Shown here piece after piece: positions 25,717-34,927 of a DNA stretch of 47,397 nucleotides; the first letter of the stretch is position 1; each line of letters begins with the position of its first letter. The translations under genes were made by a program, and so were the position numbers. The notes beneath the pieces are model-generated. The model had not been told where the DNA came from. It saw nothing but the letters and a program-made list of their open reading frames with translations, and did not search any database. The DNA is from an uncultured Rickettsiales bacterium (GTDB taxonomy: Bacteria > Pseudomonadota > Alphaproteobacteria > Rickettsiales > SXRF01), in the NCBI GenBank assembly GCA_964620765.1, contig CAZUKF010000001.1:1-47397 (forward strand). The letters are read 5' to 3'.

Positions 25717-27189
25717 ATGAAACCACTTAAAATTATCTACATTTCCCACGGCTCCCTGAAAATCAGCGGCGAGTTCGGCACGCTGCTGACCGACCCGTGG
25801 ATTTTAAACGAGCCGATCTACGCCTTTTCCACCTGGAAATTCCCGGCCGCCATCATGCCGCCGGAGGAAGTTATGGCGGGTGTGGACTACCTCTTTCTCT
25901 CGCACCCGCACGAAGACCACCTGCATATCCCATCATTCGACCATGTGCCGCGCCACATCACCATCCTGCTGCCGGAGTATGACCACCACCCCGGCGTGCG
26001 CGCGCAGACCGTGGAGCTCACGCTGCGCGAGATGGGTTTCTACAACATCCGCAAGCTGCGCTCGTGGCAGACCATCCAGCTCGGCGGCAACACGCCGTTC
26101 ACCATCATCCCCTGTGCCAATTACAAATACTGGGAGTGGGAAAATTCCGGCTGCGTGATCCAGCATCATGATTGCAAGCTGCTCAACATGAATGACTGCC
26201 CGGCCGACCCCGAGCTGTATGAACGCGTGGACCGTGAATTCGGCATTTTCGACCTCGCCTTCATCCAGTATTCCGGTGTTTCCATGTTCCCCGGCTGCTT
26301 CCGCATGCCCAAGGAAGAAATGGCCGAGGCCTCGCGCCAGCGCAAAGTGGGCTGGGCGCAGCAGAAGCATCTCATCGAGCTGCTCAAGGTAAAGCGCATC
26401 GCGCCGTTTGCCGGAGATTTCGCATGGCTGGACCCGCGCATGTATCACTGCAACTGGAGCAACCGCGCCACGCCCAAACTGTTTGCAGATTTCGTGGCCA
26501 ACAACTACCCGGAAAAGAAAATCGAAACCGTGATCATGTACCCGTCTGATGAATGGAACATCAAGGGCGGCCTCACCCGCAACCACCCGGAGATTGACTG
26601 GGACAATTATCTTGCGGAGATTGACCGCGTGCGCGACAAGTTCGCGCCCAAGGTAGAGGCGCTGCGCGAATGGCTGGAAGAAAGCAATAACCTGAAAGAC
26701 ATGGAATCCCGCAGCCGCGCCTATACAGACCACCTGAACCGCTGGATGACGAAGGATTACATTGATTTCAACGTGCGCGTGCGCTTCCACGTGGAAGGGC
26801 CGAACTCCAACTTTTCATTCGTGGTGAAGGCCTCGCCGGAAGAAGGTTTCCGCTTTGATTATGAAGACAAGGGCGAGACCGACCAGAGCCTCTTCATCCG
26901 CGAAAAACTCTGGGCCGCCGTGCTGGAGGCCAAGCTGCTGCTTACCAACATCCAGTGGAATGCGGAAGGCCTGCACCACGTGCCGTTCCGCCCCGAAATC
27001 GCGCGGTTCTGGTTCTGGTTTGAAAACCACGCGGACCTCAATAACCGAAATGTGCAGGCGCTTATCGGCCGTAACCTGCACCCGCAACTGAAAGACCGCA
27101 TCCGCCCGCAGCTCGGCGTATTCCCGCTCAAGGACGAGTGGGATTGCAGCTGGCTCACGGCGCCCGCCAAATTACGCAAACACGGCTAA
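25717..27189 (+). CDS. MBL-fold metallo-protein (HxHxDH) with a long unassigned C-terminal domain
   Basis: DYLFLSHPHEDHLH motif within an N-terminal ~230-aa beta-lactamase fold. The remaining ~250 aa have no recognised motif. Confidence 0.6.
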   Translation: MKPLKIIYISHGSLKISGEFGTLLTDPWILNEPIYAFSTWKFPAAIMPPEEVMAGVDYLFLSHPHEDHLHIPSFDHVPRHITILLPEYDHHPGVRAQTVELTLREMGFYNIRKLRSWQTIQLGGNTPFTIIPCANYKYWEWENSGCVIQHHDCKLLNMNDCPADPELYERVDREFGIFDLAFIQYSGVSMFPGCFRMPKEEMAEASRQRKVGWAQQKHLIELLKVKRIAPFAGDFAWLDPRMYHCNWSNRATPKLFADFVANNYPEKKIETVIMYPSDEWNIKGGLTRNHPEIDWDNYLAEIDRVRDKFAPKVEALREWLEESNNLKDMESRSRAYTDHLNRWMTKDYIDFNVRVRFHVEGPNSNFSFVVKASPEEGFRFDYEDKGETDQSLFIREKLWAAVLEAKLLLTNIQWNAEGLHHVPFRPEIARFWFWFENHADLNNRNVQALIGRNLHPQLKDRIRPQLGVFPLKDEWDCSWLTAPAKLRKHG

Positions 27190-27203
27190 CTAAGGAGAAC
27201 ACC

Positions 27204-28169
27204 ATGCAACCGCAACGCAAACCCGCAAATGATTCTGTTCAGCAATGGCGCAAGCTCGGCATCTCTTTCGTGCCGGATGGCAGCCTGCCGTGGATGGCAA
27301 GCCACGCCTCCTTCCCCAAAGCGCTGGTGCTGGAAGACCGCATCCGCCTTTACTTCGCCACGCGCTGCGCGCAGAAGCGCAGCCGCATCGGTTATGTGGA
27401 TGTAGATATCAATGACCCCGTAAAGGTGTTGGATGTGAGCAAGGACATTGTGCTCGACATCGGCGAGCTCGGCGCATTCGACGACGCGGGCGTGGCCCCC
27501 AGCGGCGTGGTGAAGGCCGATGACGGCCGCGTGTTCCTCTATTACCACGGCTGCAACCCGCTGCAGCTCACCCCCTACCGCTTCGACACCGGCCTCGCCG
27601 TGAGCGAAGACAACGGCAAAACCTTCAAGCGCTATTCCAACGCGCCCATCATGCAGCGCTCCAACGAGGAACCTATCTTCTCCAACAACGCCAACGTGAT
27701 GAAGGAAGGCTCCACCTGGCACATGTGGTACATGAACGTCGCCCGCTGGCTGATCGTCAATGACAAGCCCGAGGCGCAGCACATGATCAACTACGCCACC
27801 TCGAAAGACGGCATCAACTGGCAGCGCGCCAACCACACCTGCATCCCGCCGAAAGAGGCCATGGAGTGCAACTGCAACGCCAGCGTGAAGAAAGACGGCG
27901 GCGTGTATAAAATGTGGTATTGCTGGCGCTCGGCGGAAGATTTCCGCAGCGGCAAGGGCGCCTACCGCATGGGCTACGCCGAATCCAAGGACGCGAAGAA
28001 CTGGACGCGCATGGACGAGCTGGCGGGCTTAGAGCCCTCGCCCGAGGGCTGGGATTCCGTGATGGCCGCCTACCCGGACGTAGTGGATGCGGGCGGCAAG
28101 CGCCTGATGTTCTACAACGGCAACGGCTTCGGCTTCACCGGCATCGGCTGCGCGGTTTTGGAAAGCTAA
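27204..28169 (+). CDS. Predicted beta-propeller, glycoside-hydrolase-fold (GH43/GH130-like) protein, family unassigned; paralog A
   Basis: Start ATG 27204 after AAGGAG. Repeated blade motifs (GAFDDAGV, FLYYHG, GLAVSEDNGKTF, YATSKDGINW, GYAESKDAKNW). Roughly 45% identical by eye to ORF 32856-33815. Confidence 0.45.
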   Translation: MQPQRKPANDSVQQWRKLGISFVPDGSLPWMASHASFPKALVLEDRIRLYFATRCAQKRSRIGYVDVDINDPVKVLDVSKDIVLDIGELGAFDDAGVAPSGVVKADDGRVFLYYHGCNPLQLTPYRFDTGLAVSEDNGKTFKRYSNAPIMQRSNEEPIFSNNANVMKEGSTWHMWYMNVARWLIVNDKPEAQHMINYATSKDGINWQRANHTCIPPKEAMECNCNASVKKDGGVYKMWYCWRSAEDFRSGKGAYRMGYAESKDAKNWTRMDELAGLEPSPEGWDSVMAAYPDVVDAGGKRLMFYNGNGFGFTGIGCAVLES

Positions 28170-28174
28170 TTGTC

Positions 28175-28235
28175 ATGCCGCACTTGTTGCGGCATCTCCA
28201 GCCACTTCAGGGAGACCCCGCAACGAGTGCGGGGT
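28175..28235. terminator. Two hairpins between convergent genes (putative bidirectional terminator region)
   Basis: ATGCCGCA-cttgt-TGCGGCAT (28175-28195) and ACCCCGCA-acgag-TGCGGGGT (28215-28235). Both share a CCGCA-N5-TGCGG core. T-tracts are weak. Confidence 0.4.
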
Positions 28236-28244
28236 GACAAGCAA

Positions 28245-29330
28245 TTAAAAGGTTTTCGGCAGCGGCGAGATGTTGAGCACGTCGTCGTAGTCGCAGACGC
28301 GGCGGCGGCGGTCGACGAAGTTGCCGGCGCAGATATTGGCGCGGTTCGGCACGGCCTGCACCTGGCGCATCACCTCTTCGAGCGCACGCACGGTGTCTTC
28401 CGGCCTGAGGCGGGCGAGGTCTTTTACCAGCCGCTCCACGTGGTCGCGCTCGGCCTGCTCGGCGTCTTTCAGCCAGGTCTCGCGCGCGAGTTCCAGCGCG
28501 AAGTCATAGAAGCTCAGCAGCAGGGCGATGGAGAACAGCACGTGCTCCTGCCGCGGGTTTAACTTTACCGGGTTCGGCCCGCCGGGTAGCGGATCCTTGA
28601 AGAAAATGGCATCCGTGTAAAGCGCGCGCTCCACCGTCACCGCCTCGTGCTTGTCCAGCTGCTTCTTGGAACGACCGTGGATGGGCATGAAACCGTAGAA
28701 GCTGAAGCCGTGTTCGCGCATGAGCATCTCCACCTCGGAGAACAGCTTCTGGCCCTTGTAGAGCTCGCAGAATGAAACCTCGCATACCACAGCCACCGTG
28801 CGCTCGGTGAGCGTGCGTTTTGCGCCCTCGAGAATTTCGTACTCGGTACCCTGCGTGTCGATCTTAATGAACTCGCCCCAGCATTTTTCTGCCGCGCGTG
28901 AGCCGAACAGCACCGAATCCAGCGTTACGGTCTGGAGTTTCTCGGTGCCCTTCAGCGTCCAGTTCTTCTGCATGTTGTAGCGGTTGATGAACGCGTCATT
29001 CGGCGGCAGCAGCGAGTGGTTGGTAGCGGCAGAAAGCAAGTAAAGCGTGGACTCCCCGGCCTTCTCCATGATCGCCACCGGCTCCAGCGCGATGCGCGCC
29101 CACGGCTCCGTTACCTCGGGCATGCGCATCAGCCGCGCGCATTCCGCCTCGTCCGGCTCAAAGCCCAGCACGCCGGTCAGGCGCGCCAGCGGCTCCACCA
29201 TGTCATGCGCGCCGCCGCGGGCACCCACGTCGATAAAACCCATTGGCTGAGAGATTAGCGTGCGTGCCACTTGCGTCGGCGTGAAATCCGGGTGGGAGGC
29301 GAGCTCGTCGCGCTTGAGGTTGCGTAACAT
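28245..29330 (-). CDS. FkbM-family methyltransferase
   Basis: FIDVGARGGAHD and FIKIDTQGTEYEILEGA. Confidence 0.8.
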   Translation of the reverse strand: MLRNLKRDELASHPDFTPTQVARTLISQPMGFIDVGARGGAHDMVEPLARLTGVLGFEPDEAECARLMRMPEVTEPWARIALEPVAIMEKAGESTLYLLSAATNHSLLPPNDAFINRYNMQKNWTLKGTEKLQTVTLDSVLFGSRAAEKCWGEFIKIDTQGTEYEILEGAKRTLTERTVAVVCEVSFCELYKGQKLFSEVEMLMREHGFSFYGFMPIHGRSKKQLDKHEAVTVERALYTDAIFFKDPLPGGPNPVKLNPRQEHVLFSIALLLSFYDFALELARETWLKDAEQAERDHVERLVKDLARLRPEDTVRALEEVMRQVQAVPNRANICAGNFVDRRRRVCDYDDVLNISPLPKTF

Positions 29331-29332
29331 GC

Positions 29333-30073
29333 TTAAGCCGCCGTCTCGGTAACGCGTTCGCGCGCGGGCAGGATGATATGGCTCTGGTCGGCCATCCCCG
29401 CCACGGGGATCGGCGTGCGCTTGGCATAATTACCGGCGCGGAAGGGCTGGCCTTCGAGCAGGTAGGTCATCAGCAGCACGTGCCGCCATTCATCCGTCTG
29501 ATTCTGATTAGAGCCGTGCACAAGGCACCCGTGGATGTAAAGCGCCGAGCCCTTGCGCACCTGCGGCACGATGGGCTTGTACTGTTCCGGCACCAGGCAT
29601 ATTTCGTTGCTGGCATTGGGGTCCTGGCCCGCATCTTTTTCCACGTCGATCTTCTGGGTCGGCAGCACGCCTTCCTTGTGCGTGCCGGGGTAAACAATCA
29701 GCCCGCCCTTTTCCGGGTACACATCCGTCAGCGCTACCCAGGCCGAGACATAGGCACCCACCGGTGCTTCGGCGTAAAAATTATCCTGGTGCAGCGAGAA
29801 GCCGCGCGTGCCGGGCTTGCAGTAGAAAAACTCCGTCTGCAACCCAACCGGCGTACCATCGACGGTGGCGGCGATACTGCGCACGATCCGGGGATTGCGC
29901 AGGGCGCGCAGGTAAATCTCGTCCACGCGGTGCGGCATCATGGCGGGGCGGCAGGTGCCGTTCTGGAAATTTTCCAGCGCCCGCGAGGCTGCAACCAGCG
30001 CATCGCACTCTTCCGGCGTAAAAACGTCCGGCTCGATCCAGTAGCCGTTTTCGTTATAAAATTCCATGTCCAT
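29333..30073 (-). CDS. Phytanoyl-CoA dioxygenase (PhyH) family Fe(II)/2OG oxygenase
   Basis: FSLHQDNFY (HxD), CLVHGSNQN, and the typical N-terminal NGYWIEPDVFTPEECDAL. Confidence 0.78.
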   Translation of the reverse strand: MDMEFYNENGYWIEPDVFTPEECDALVAASRALENFQNGTCRPAMMPHRVDEIYLRALRNPRIVRSIAATVDGTPVGLQTEFFYCKPGTRGFSLHQDNFYAEAPVGAYVSAWVALTDVYPEKGGLIVYPGTHKEGVLPTQKIDVEKDAGQDPNASNEICLVPEQYKPIVPQVRKGSALYIHGCLVHGSNQNQTDEWRHVLLMTYLLEGQPFRAGNYAKRTPIPVAGMADQSHIILPARERVTETAA

Positions 30074-30120
30074 AGGGGGTATTTTTTATCACGCGCACGC
30101 GCGCGCAGGCAAGCGCAAGA

Positions 30121-30825
30121 TTAACGCGCCCCGGCCACGCTTAAAACCGCGCTGGAAACGTAGGACGCCTGCTCCGAAAGCAGCCATACCACTGTTTCTG
30201 CTACCTCTTCCGGCTTGCCCATACGCCCGAGGGGTATGGATTTGAGTTTTTCAGCCGGGATGCCGCTATTGGCCTCGGTATCGATGATTCCGGGGCTGAC
30301 GGCGTTGACCCGCACCCCCTTGGCCGCCGCTTCCCGCGCAAAGGCCAGGGTAAACGTGCTGACGGCTGCCTTGGAAGCGGCATAGGCCGCCATCTGGTTG
30401 CCGCCGAATTTAGCCGCCTCGGAGGAAAGGTTTACAATCGCGCCGCCGCCTTTCATGCGCTTCAGCGCTTCCCGGCAGGCGGTGAATGTGCCCAGCACGT
30501 TGACCCTGAATATCGTATCCAGCTCCTGCCACGCCAGCTTCTCCACCGGCCCCACCGCGCTGACTGCCGCGTTGTTGACCAGCGCCGTCACCGGCCCGAG
30601 CTCGCGGTCCACGGTTTCAAACAGGCGTATGATATCGGCCTCCACGCCCATATCAGCCTGCACCGCGATGCCGCCGATCTCTTTCGCCAGCGCTTCCGCC
30701 TCCTTGCGGCTTTCACGGTAATTCACGCAAACTTTGTAGCCGCTTGCTGCCAGCTTGCGCGCGCACGCCGCGCCGATGCCTTTGGAAGCACCCGTTACGA
30801 TGGCGATTTTCTGCTGTTGCTTCAT
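30121..30825 (-). CDS. Short-chain dehydrogenase/reductase (FabG-like)
   Basis: TGASKGIGAA cofactor motif and catalytic YAASKAA. Confidence 0.88.
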   Translation of the reverse strand: MKQQQKIAIVTGASKGIGAACARKLAASGYKVCVNYRESRKEAEALAKEIGGIAVQADMGVEADIIRLFETVDRELGPVTALVNNAAVSAVGPVEKLAWQELDTIFRVNVLGTFTACREALKRMKGGGAIVNLSSEAAKFGGNQMAAYAASKAAVSTFTLAFAREAAAKGVRVNAVSPGIIDTEANSGIPAEKLKSIPLGRMGKPEEVAETVVWLLSEQASYVSSAVLSVAGAR

Positions 30826-30851
30826 GCGCTTTCCTGTTTAAAGTGCAAAGA

Positions 30852-31469
30852 ATGAAGCCGGTTTATCATACTTTAGTCGATCATTACACCGCCTGTTTTG
30901 AGAAATATGGCGCCACCCCGCAGGGCGTGGACTGGCCCAAACCCGAGGATGCCCTCACCCGCCAGCGCGTGATGCTGGGGGTTACGAACAGCGAGCCCTG
31001 CTCGCTGCTGGACTTGGGCTGCGGCTACGGCGCGCTGAAGGAGCTTGCCGGCAAGGACATTACCTACCGGGGGATTGACCTCTCCGAACCCCTAATCGCC
31101 GAAGCCAAAAAGCGCCACCCGGGCGCGGAGTTCGAGCTGCGCGACGTGCTGAAGAACCCGCTGCCCACGCAAAGCGTGGATTACGTGGTGATGAACGGCG
31201 TGCTGACGGAAAAGCGCGAGCTTTCCTTCGAGGCAATGGAAGATTTCGCGCAAGCTATGATCCGCACCGCCTTCGCCGCCTGCCGCAAGGGGATCGCCTA
31301 TAACGTCATGAGCGCGCACGTGGACTGGGAGCGCGCAGATCTTTTTCACTGGCCCTTTGACCGCGCGAGCGCCTTCCTGCGGGCGGAAGTCAGCCGCAAC
31401 TATGCCTTCCGCGCCGATTACGGGCTTTACGAATACACCACCTATGTTTACCGGGAGCCGCGTGGATGA
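30852..31469 (+). CDS. Class I SAM-dependent methyltransferase
   Basis: Start ATG 30852 (MKPVYH). Motif I LLDLGCGYGAL. Confidence 0.8.
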   Translation: MKPVYHTLVDHYTACFEKYGATPQGVDWPKPEDALTRQRVMLGVTNSEPCSLLDLGCGYGALKELAGKDITYRGIDLSEPLIAEAKKRHPGAEFELRDVLKNPLPTQSVDYVVMNGVLTEKRELSFEAMEDFAQAMIRTAFAACRKGIAYNVMSAHVDWERADLFHWPFDRASAFLRAEVSRNYAFRADYGLYEYTTYVYREPRG

Positions 31470-31936
31470 GCGCCCGCCCCCTGCGCATCGAGGAGGCGGG
31501 CCGCGCCTGCGAAGTTTTTGCCCGCATCGTCACCACCGGCTTCCCGGAATTTCCGCCGGAAGCGGTGACCGATTACCTCGCCCCCTGGACCGCCGATAAA
31601 ATCGCCGCGCGCATCAAGAGCGGTGAAGGCGTGCTGCTGGGTTTCTTTAAAGGCAGCGAACTGGTGGGGCTGGTTTCCGGCACTGCCGTGGAGGGCGGCG
31701 TGGGCACGATTTTCTGGCTGCTGGTGGCCGAAGAAGGCCGCGGCTCGGGCGCAGGGCGCGCGCTGTTTGATGCCGCCTGCGCCGCCTACCGCGCCATGGG
31801 CGCCCACAAGATCAAGCTCACCGCGCCCACGGAAAGCGCGCAGAACTTCTACAACCACATGGGCATGCTGGAAGAGGGCTACCATGCGAACCACTGGTAC
31901 CACCTGGATTTCTGCGCCATGGGCCTCGAGCTATGA
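31466..31936 (+). CDS. GNAT-family N-acetyltransferase
   Basis: LLVAEEGRGSGAGRALFDAA (acetyl-CoA pyrophosphate-binding loop). ATGA overlap with the upstream gene. Confidence 0.8.
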   Translation: MSARPLRIEEAGRACEVFARIVTTGFPEFPPEAVTDYLAPWTADKIAARIKSGEGVLLGFFKGSELVGLVSGTAVEGGVGTIFWLLVAEEGRGSGAGRALFDAACAAYRAMGAHKIKLTAPTESAQNFYNHMGMLEEGYHANHWYHLDFCAMGLEL

Positions 31937-32859
31937 AGCTCATCCCGCTTTCCGATGCCGCGGGCTGGGAAGCAGCGATTTCCAAATTCCCGCAAGCCCC
32001 GGCGCATACCCACGCCTATAACGCGGCGCTGCAGCTTTCGTTTTCAGACCCGCTCTTTCTTTTTGCGCACGAGAAGGGCGCCTGCCCGCTGCTGCTGCGG
32101 CAGTGGGAGGGAACCACCGATATCGCAACCCCTTACGGCTATGGCGGCATGATTGGTTCCGCCGCTCCCGGCTGGGAGGATTTTGCCCGCAAACAAGGCT
32201 GGGTTTGCGGCTACCTAGCGTTGCATCCCACCCTCTCCCCGGTTTTGCCCGGCACAACGCCCGGCCACACCTTCTATCTTGTTGATCTTCTGCAGGAAGA
32301 AGAAGCGCTGCTCAATAGCATGGAAAAGACCCATCGTTACGAGATCCGCCGTGATGCCGGTAAATACACAACAATTCCGGATAAGAAATTGATCAAGCAA
32401 TTCCTGTATTCTTTATATAAACAGACGCTGGCCCGGGTCGGCGCCGCCCCGGTCTACCATTTCTCGGAAGAAACCCTGCATGCCCTGCTGGACCTACCCG
32501 GCTCCGTGGCGCTTTCCGTGCATGAAGAAGCCGTGATCCTCTGCCTCTCCACCCCCCACATGGCCGATTATTTCCTCAGCGCCGCCACGGAAGAAGGGCG
32601 CAAATACACCCGTGTGCTGCTCTGGCAGGCCATGCTGGAGCTTAAAAAGCGCGGTGTGAAAAGCTTCAACCTCGGCGGCGGCGCCAAACCCGGCGATGCG
32701 CTGGAGGCCTTCAAGCGCCGCTTCGGTGGACAGGCAAGGCCAATCCCTGTACTTAAGCAGGTCTACGATGAAACGGCCTTCGCGCGGCTCTGCCAGCAGG
32801 CAGGCACGGCGGCCGGCACGGACGGTTATTTCCCCCCTTACCGAAGGAGCAGGCCATGA
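31933..32859 (+). CDS. FemAB-like / Acetyltransf_6-type GNAT-fold protein
   Basis: TPYGYGGMIG, YEIRR, and LWQAMLELKKRGVKSFNLGGG...LEAFKRRFGG. 4-nt overlaps on both sides. Confidence 0.5.
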   Translation: MKLIPLSDAAGWEAAISKFPQAPAHTHAYNAALQLSFSDPLFLFAHEKGACPLLLRQWEGTTDIATPYGYGGMIGSAAPGWEDFARKQGWVCGYLALHPTLSPVLPGTTPGHTFYLVDLLQEEEALLNSMEKTHRYEIRRDAGKYTTIPDKKLIKQFLYSLYKQTLARVGAAPVYHFSEETLHALLDLPGSVALSVHEEAVILCLSTPHMADYFLSAATEEGRKYTRVLLWQAMLELKKRGVKSFNLGGGAKPGDALEAFKRRFGGQARPIPVLKQVYDETAFARLCQQAGTAAGTDGYFPPYRRSRP

Positions 32860-33815
32860 AAGCAGCACAAGCCTACGCCGGGCAGCAGGGCTGGGAAAAG
32901 CTCGGGATGGTTTTCAAACTGGGCGAGCATTTGCAGCCGTGGATGAAAAGCCACGCCCTCATGCCCACCCCGCTGCTGCTGGCGGACCGCTTCCGCGTGT
33001 ACATCACTGTGCGAGCGCAGGACGGCATGAGCCGCATTACTTATGTGGACCTCGACCGCAAGGACCCGCGCAAGATCCTCTACGTGCATGCAGAGCCGCT
33101 GCTGGAACCCGGCCCGGTGGGCACGTTCGATGACAGCGGCACGGTGGGCACCTTCGCCCTACAGCACGAGGGGAAAATTTATCTCTACTACAACGGCTAT
33201 AACGTGCGCGTGAAGGTGCCGTGGAGCAACGCGGTGGGCCTTGCTGTCAGCACCGACGGCGGCGAGACATTCAAAAAAGCCTTCCCCGGCCCGGTGCTGG
33301 ACCGCACCCAGCAGGAGCCGTATTTCGCCATCACGCCGTGGATACTGAAGGAAGACGGGTTACTCCGCTGTTGGTACACCTCCGGCACCGGTTGGATACC
33401 GCAAGGTAGCAAGCCGCCGGAGCCGCTTTACGTCATCAAATACGCCGAATCGCGGGATGGCGTGCATTTCGCCCGCCCCAACCACACCTGCATCCCGCCG
33501 CTGGACGCGGAAGAAGCCAATGCGCGCGGCGCGGTGATCAGGCAGGGCGATACTTATAAAATGTGGTTCATTTTCCGCGGCAGCCGGGATTTCCGCGACG
33601 GCAAGGATGCCTACCGCATCGGTTACGCGGAATCCGCCGACGGGTTCACCTGGAAGCGCGACGATGCTGCCGCGGGCATCAAGCCCGGCGCACCCGGTGA
33701 GTGGGACGAGAAAATGGAGGCCTACCCCGCCGTGATCGAGGCCGATGACCGGCTGTTCATGTTCTACAACGGGAATAATTTCGGCGCGGAAGGCTTCGGT
33801 ATAGCTGTACGCTAA
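32856..33815 (+). CDS. Predicted beta-propeller, glycoside-hydrolase-fold protein; paralog B
   Basis: Colinear with ORF 27204-28169 (GTFDDSGT, YLYYNG, GLAVSTDGGETF, YAESRDGVHF, GYAESADGFTW, MFYNGNNFG). Confidence 0.45.
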   Translation: MKAAQAYAGQQGWEKLGMVFKLGEHLQPWMKSHALMPTPLLLADRFRVYITVRAQDGMSRITYVDLDRKDPRKILYVHAEPLLEPGPVGTFDDSGTVGTFALQHEGKIYLYYNGYNVRVKVPWSNAVGLAVSTDGGETFKKAFPGPVLDRTQQEPYFAITPWILKEDGLLRCWYTSGTGWIPQGSKPPEPLYVIKYAESRDGVHFARPNHTCIPPLDAEEANARGAVIRQGDTYKMWFIFRGSRDFRDGKDAYRIGYAESADGFTWKRDDAAAGIKPGAPGEWDEKMEAYPAVIEADDRLFMFYNGNNFGAEGFGIAVR

Positions 33816-34927
33816 GAGGCCACGCGCATGTCCATGCCCGCGCAGGCATCCAGCACCGTTTCGCAGACCGTGTTGATATCTTCCTCGCGCATGTCCACCG
33901 CCATCGGCAGCCCGAGCAGCGACTGGCCCAGCCACTGCGTCACGTTCAGCTCACCGTGGCTGGCGCAGTAGCGGTAGGCGGGCTGTGCGTGGCAGCCGGT
34001 GAGCCACCAGCGCCGCGTTTCGATGCCGGCTTTCTCCAGCCGCTCCGCCATGGCAATGGCGTGGCTGGGAAACAGCACGTTGCAGGTGCTGGTCACCCAG
34101 TCGCGGTTGAGCCACAGGGAGAGCCCTTCTTTGGCCAGGCGGAAAAGGTAGGCATCGCGCACACGGGCCCAGCCCTCGCGCGTCTGCTCCCATTCATCGA
34201 GCGCCGCCATGCCCACCGCGGCGCCGTATTCCGAGATCTTGGCGTTGATGGCGATGCGGTGTGAGCGGCGGTCTGATTCGAATCCGAAATTGATGAGGCG
34301 GCGCACGCGGAAAATGGTATCCGGGTTACGGCATACAATCACGCCCCCCTCGCCAATGCCCAGTGTCTTGGTGGCGTGCAGGCTGACCATCACCGGGGTG
34401 CGGCCTGTGCGCATGGCACCATTGGCAACCGAATCAAACGCCGCGGCGGCATCTATCAGCACGGGGATGCCGGTTTCCTCAGTGAAACGGTCCCAGGCTT
34501 GCGTATCCACCGGGGCGCCGAACGGTGAAACGGCGATCACCGCGCTAACATCGCCGTTGATTTGCTTGAGATAGGACTTCACCCGCTCGGGCGAGAGCGC
34601 CTGCGTGTCGGATTCCACGTCGACAAAACAGGGCGCGAGCCCCGCGGCAAGCGCCGCGGCGGGGGTGGCGGTAAATGTCCAGGAAGGCATGACGCAAAGC
34701 GAGCCGCGCGGCACTTCCAGCGCCTGCAGCGCCACGGTGAGGCCGAGCGTGCCGTTGGCCACCGCCACCGCGTGCTCTTTCTGCACCTTCAGCGTCTTCG
34801 CCAGCCTTTCGTTGAACGCTTCGGCCAGCGGCCCGAAATTGCTGTACCAGCGGTTGGCGTCGATCTCCTGCAGGTAGGGCAGGATGGCTTCAGCACCGGG
34901 AAGCTTGGGCTTGGAAACGGGGATCAT
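33812..34927 (-). CDS. DegT/DnrJ/EryC1/StrS-family PLP sugar aminotransferase (second copy)
   Basis: Start ATG 34925-34927 (MIPVSKPKLPG), in an ATGA overlap. SLHATKTLGIGEGG. Confidence 0.85.
   Translation of the reverse strand: MIPVSKPKLPGAEAILPYLQEIDANRWYSNFGPLAEAFNERLAKTLKVQKEHAVAVANGTLGLTVALQALEVPRGSLCVMPSWTFTATPAAALAAGLAPCFVDVESDTQALSPERVKSYLKQINGDVSAVIAVSPFGAPVDTQAWDRFTEETGIPVLIDAAAAFDSVANGAMRTGRTPVMVSLHATKTLGIGEGGVIVCRNPDTIFRVRRLINFGFESDRRSHRIAINAKISEYGAAVGMAALDEWEQTREGWARVRDAYLFRLAKEGLSLWLNRDWVTSTCNVLFPSHAIAMAERLEKAGIETRRWWLTGCHAQPAYRYCASHGELNVTQWLGQSLLGLPMAVDMREEDINTVCETVLDACAGMDMRVAS

Noticed and set aside
28175-28235. Two hairpins sharing a CCGCA-N5-TGCGG core as a REP-like repeat family
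   Set aside because: I saw only these two copies in 47 kb, so I treated them as terminator-type hairpins. A genome-wide count would be needed to call a repeat family.
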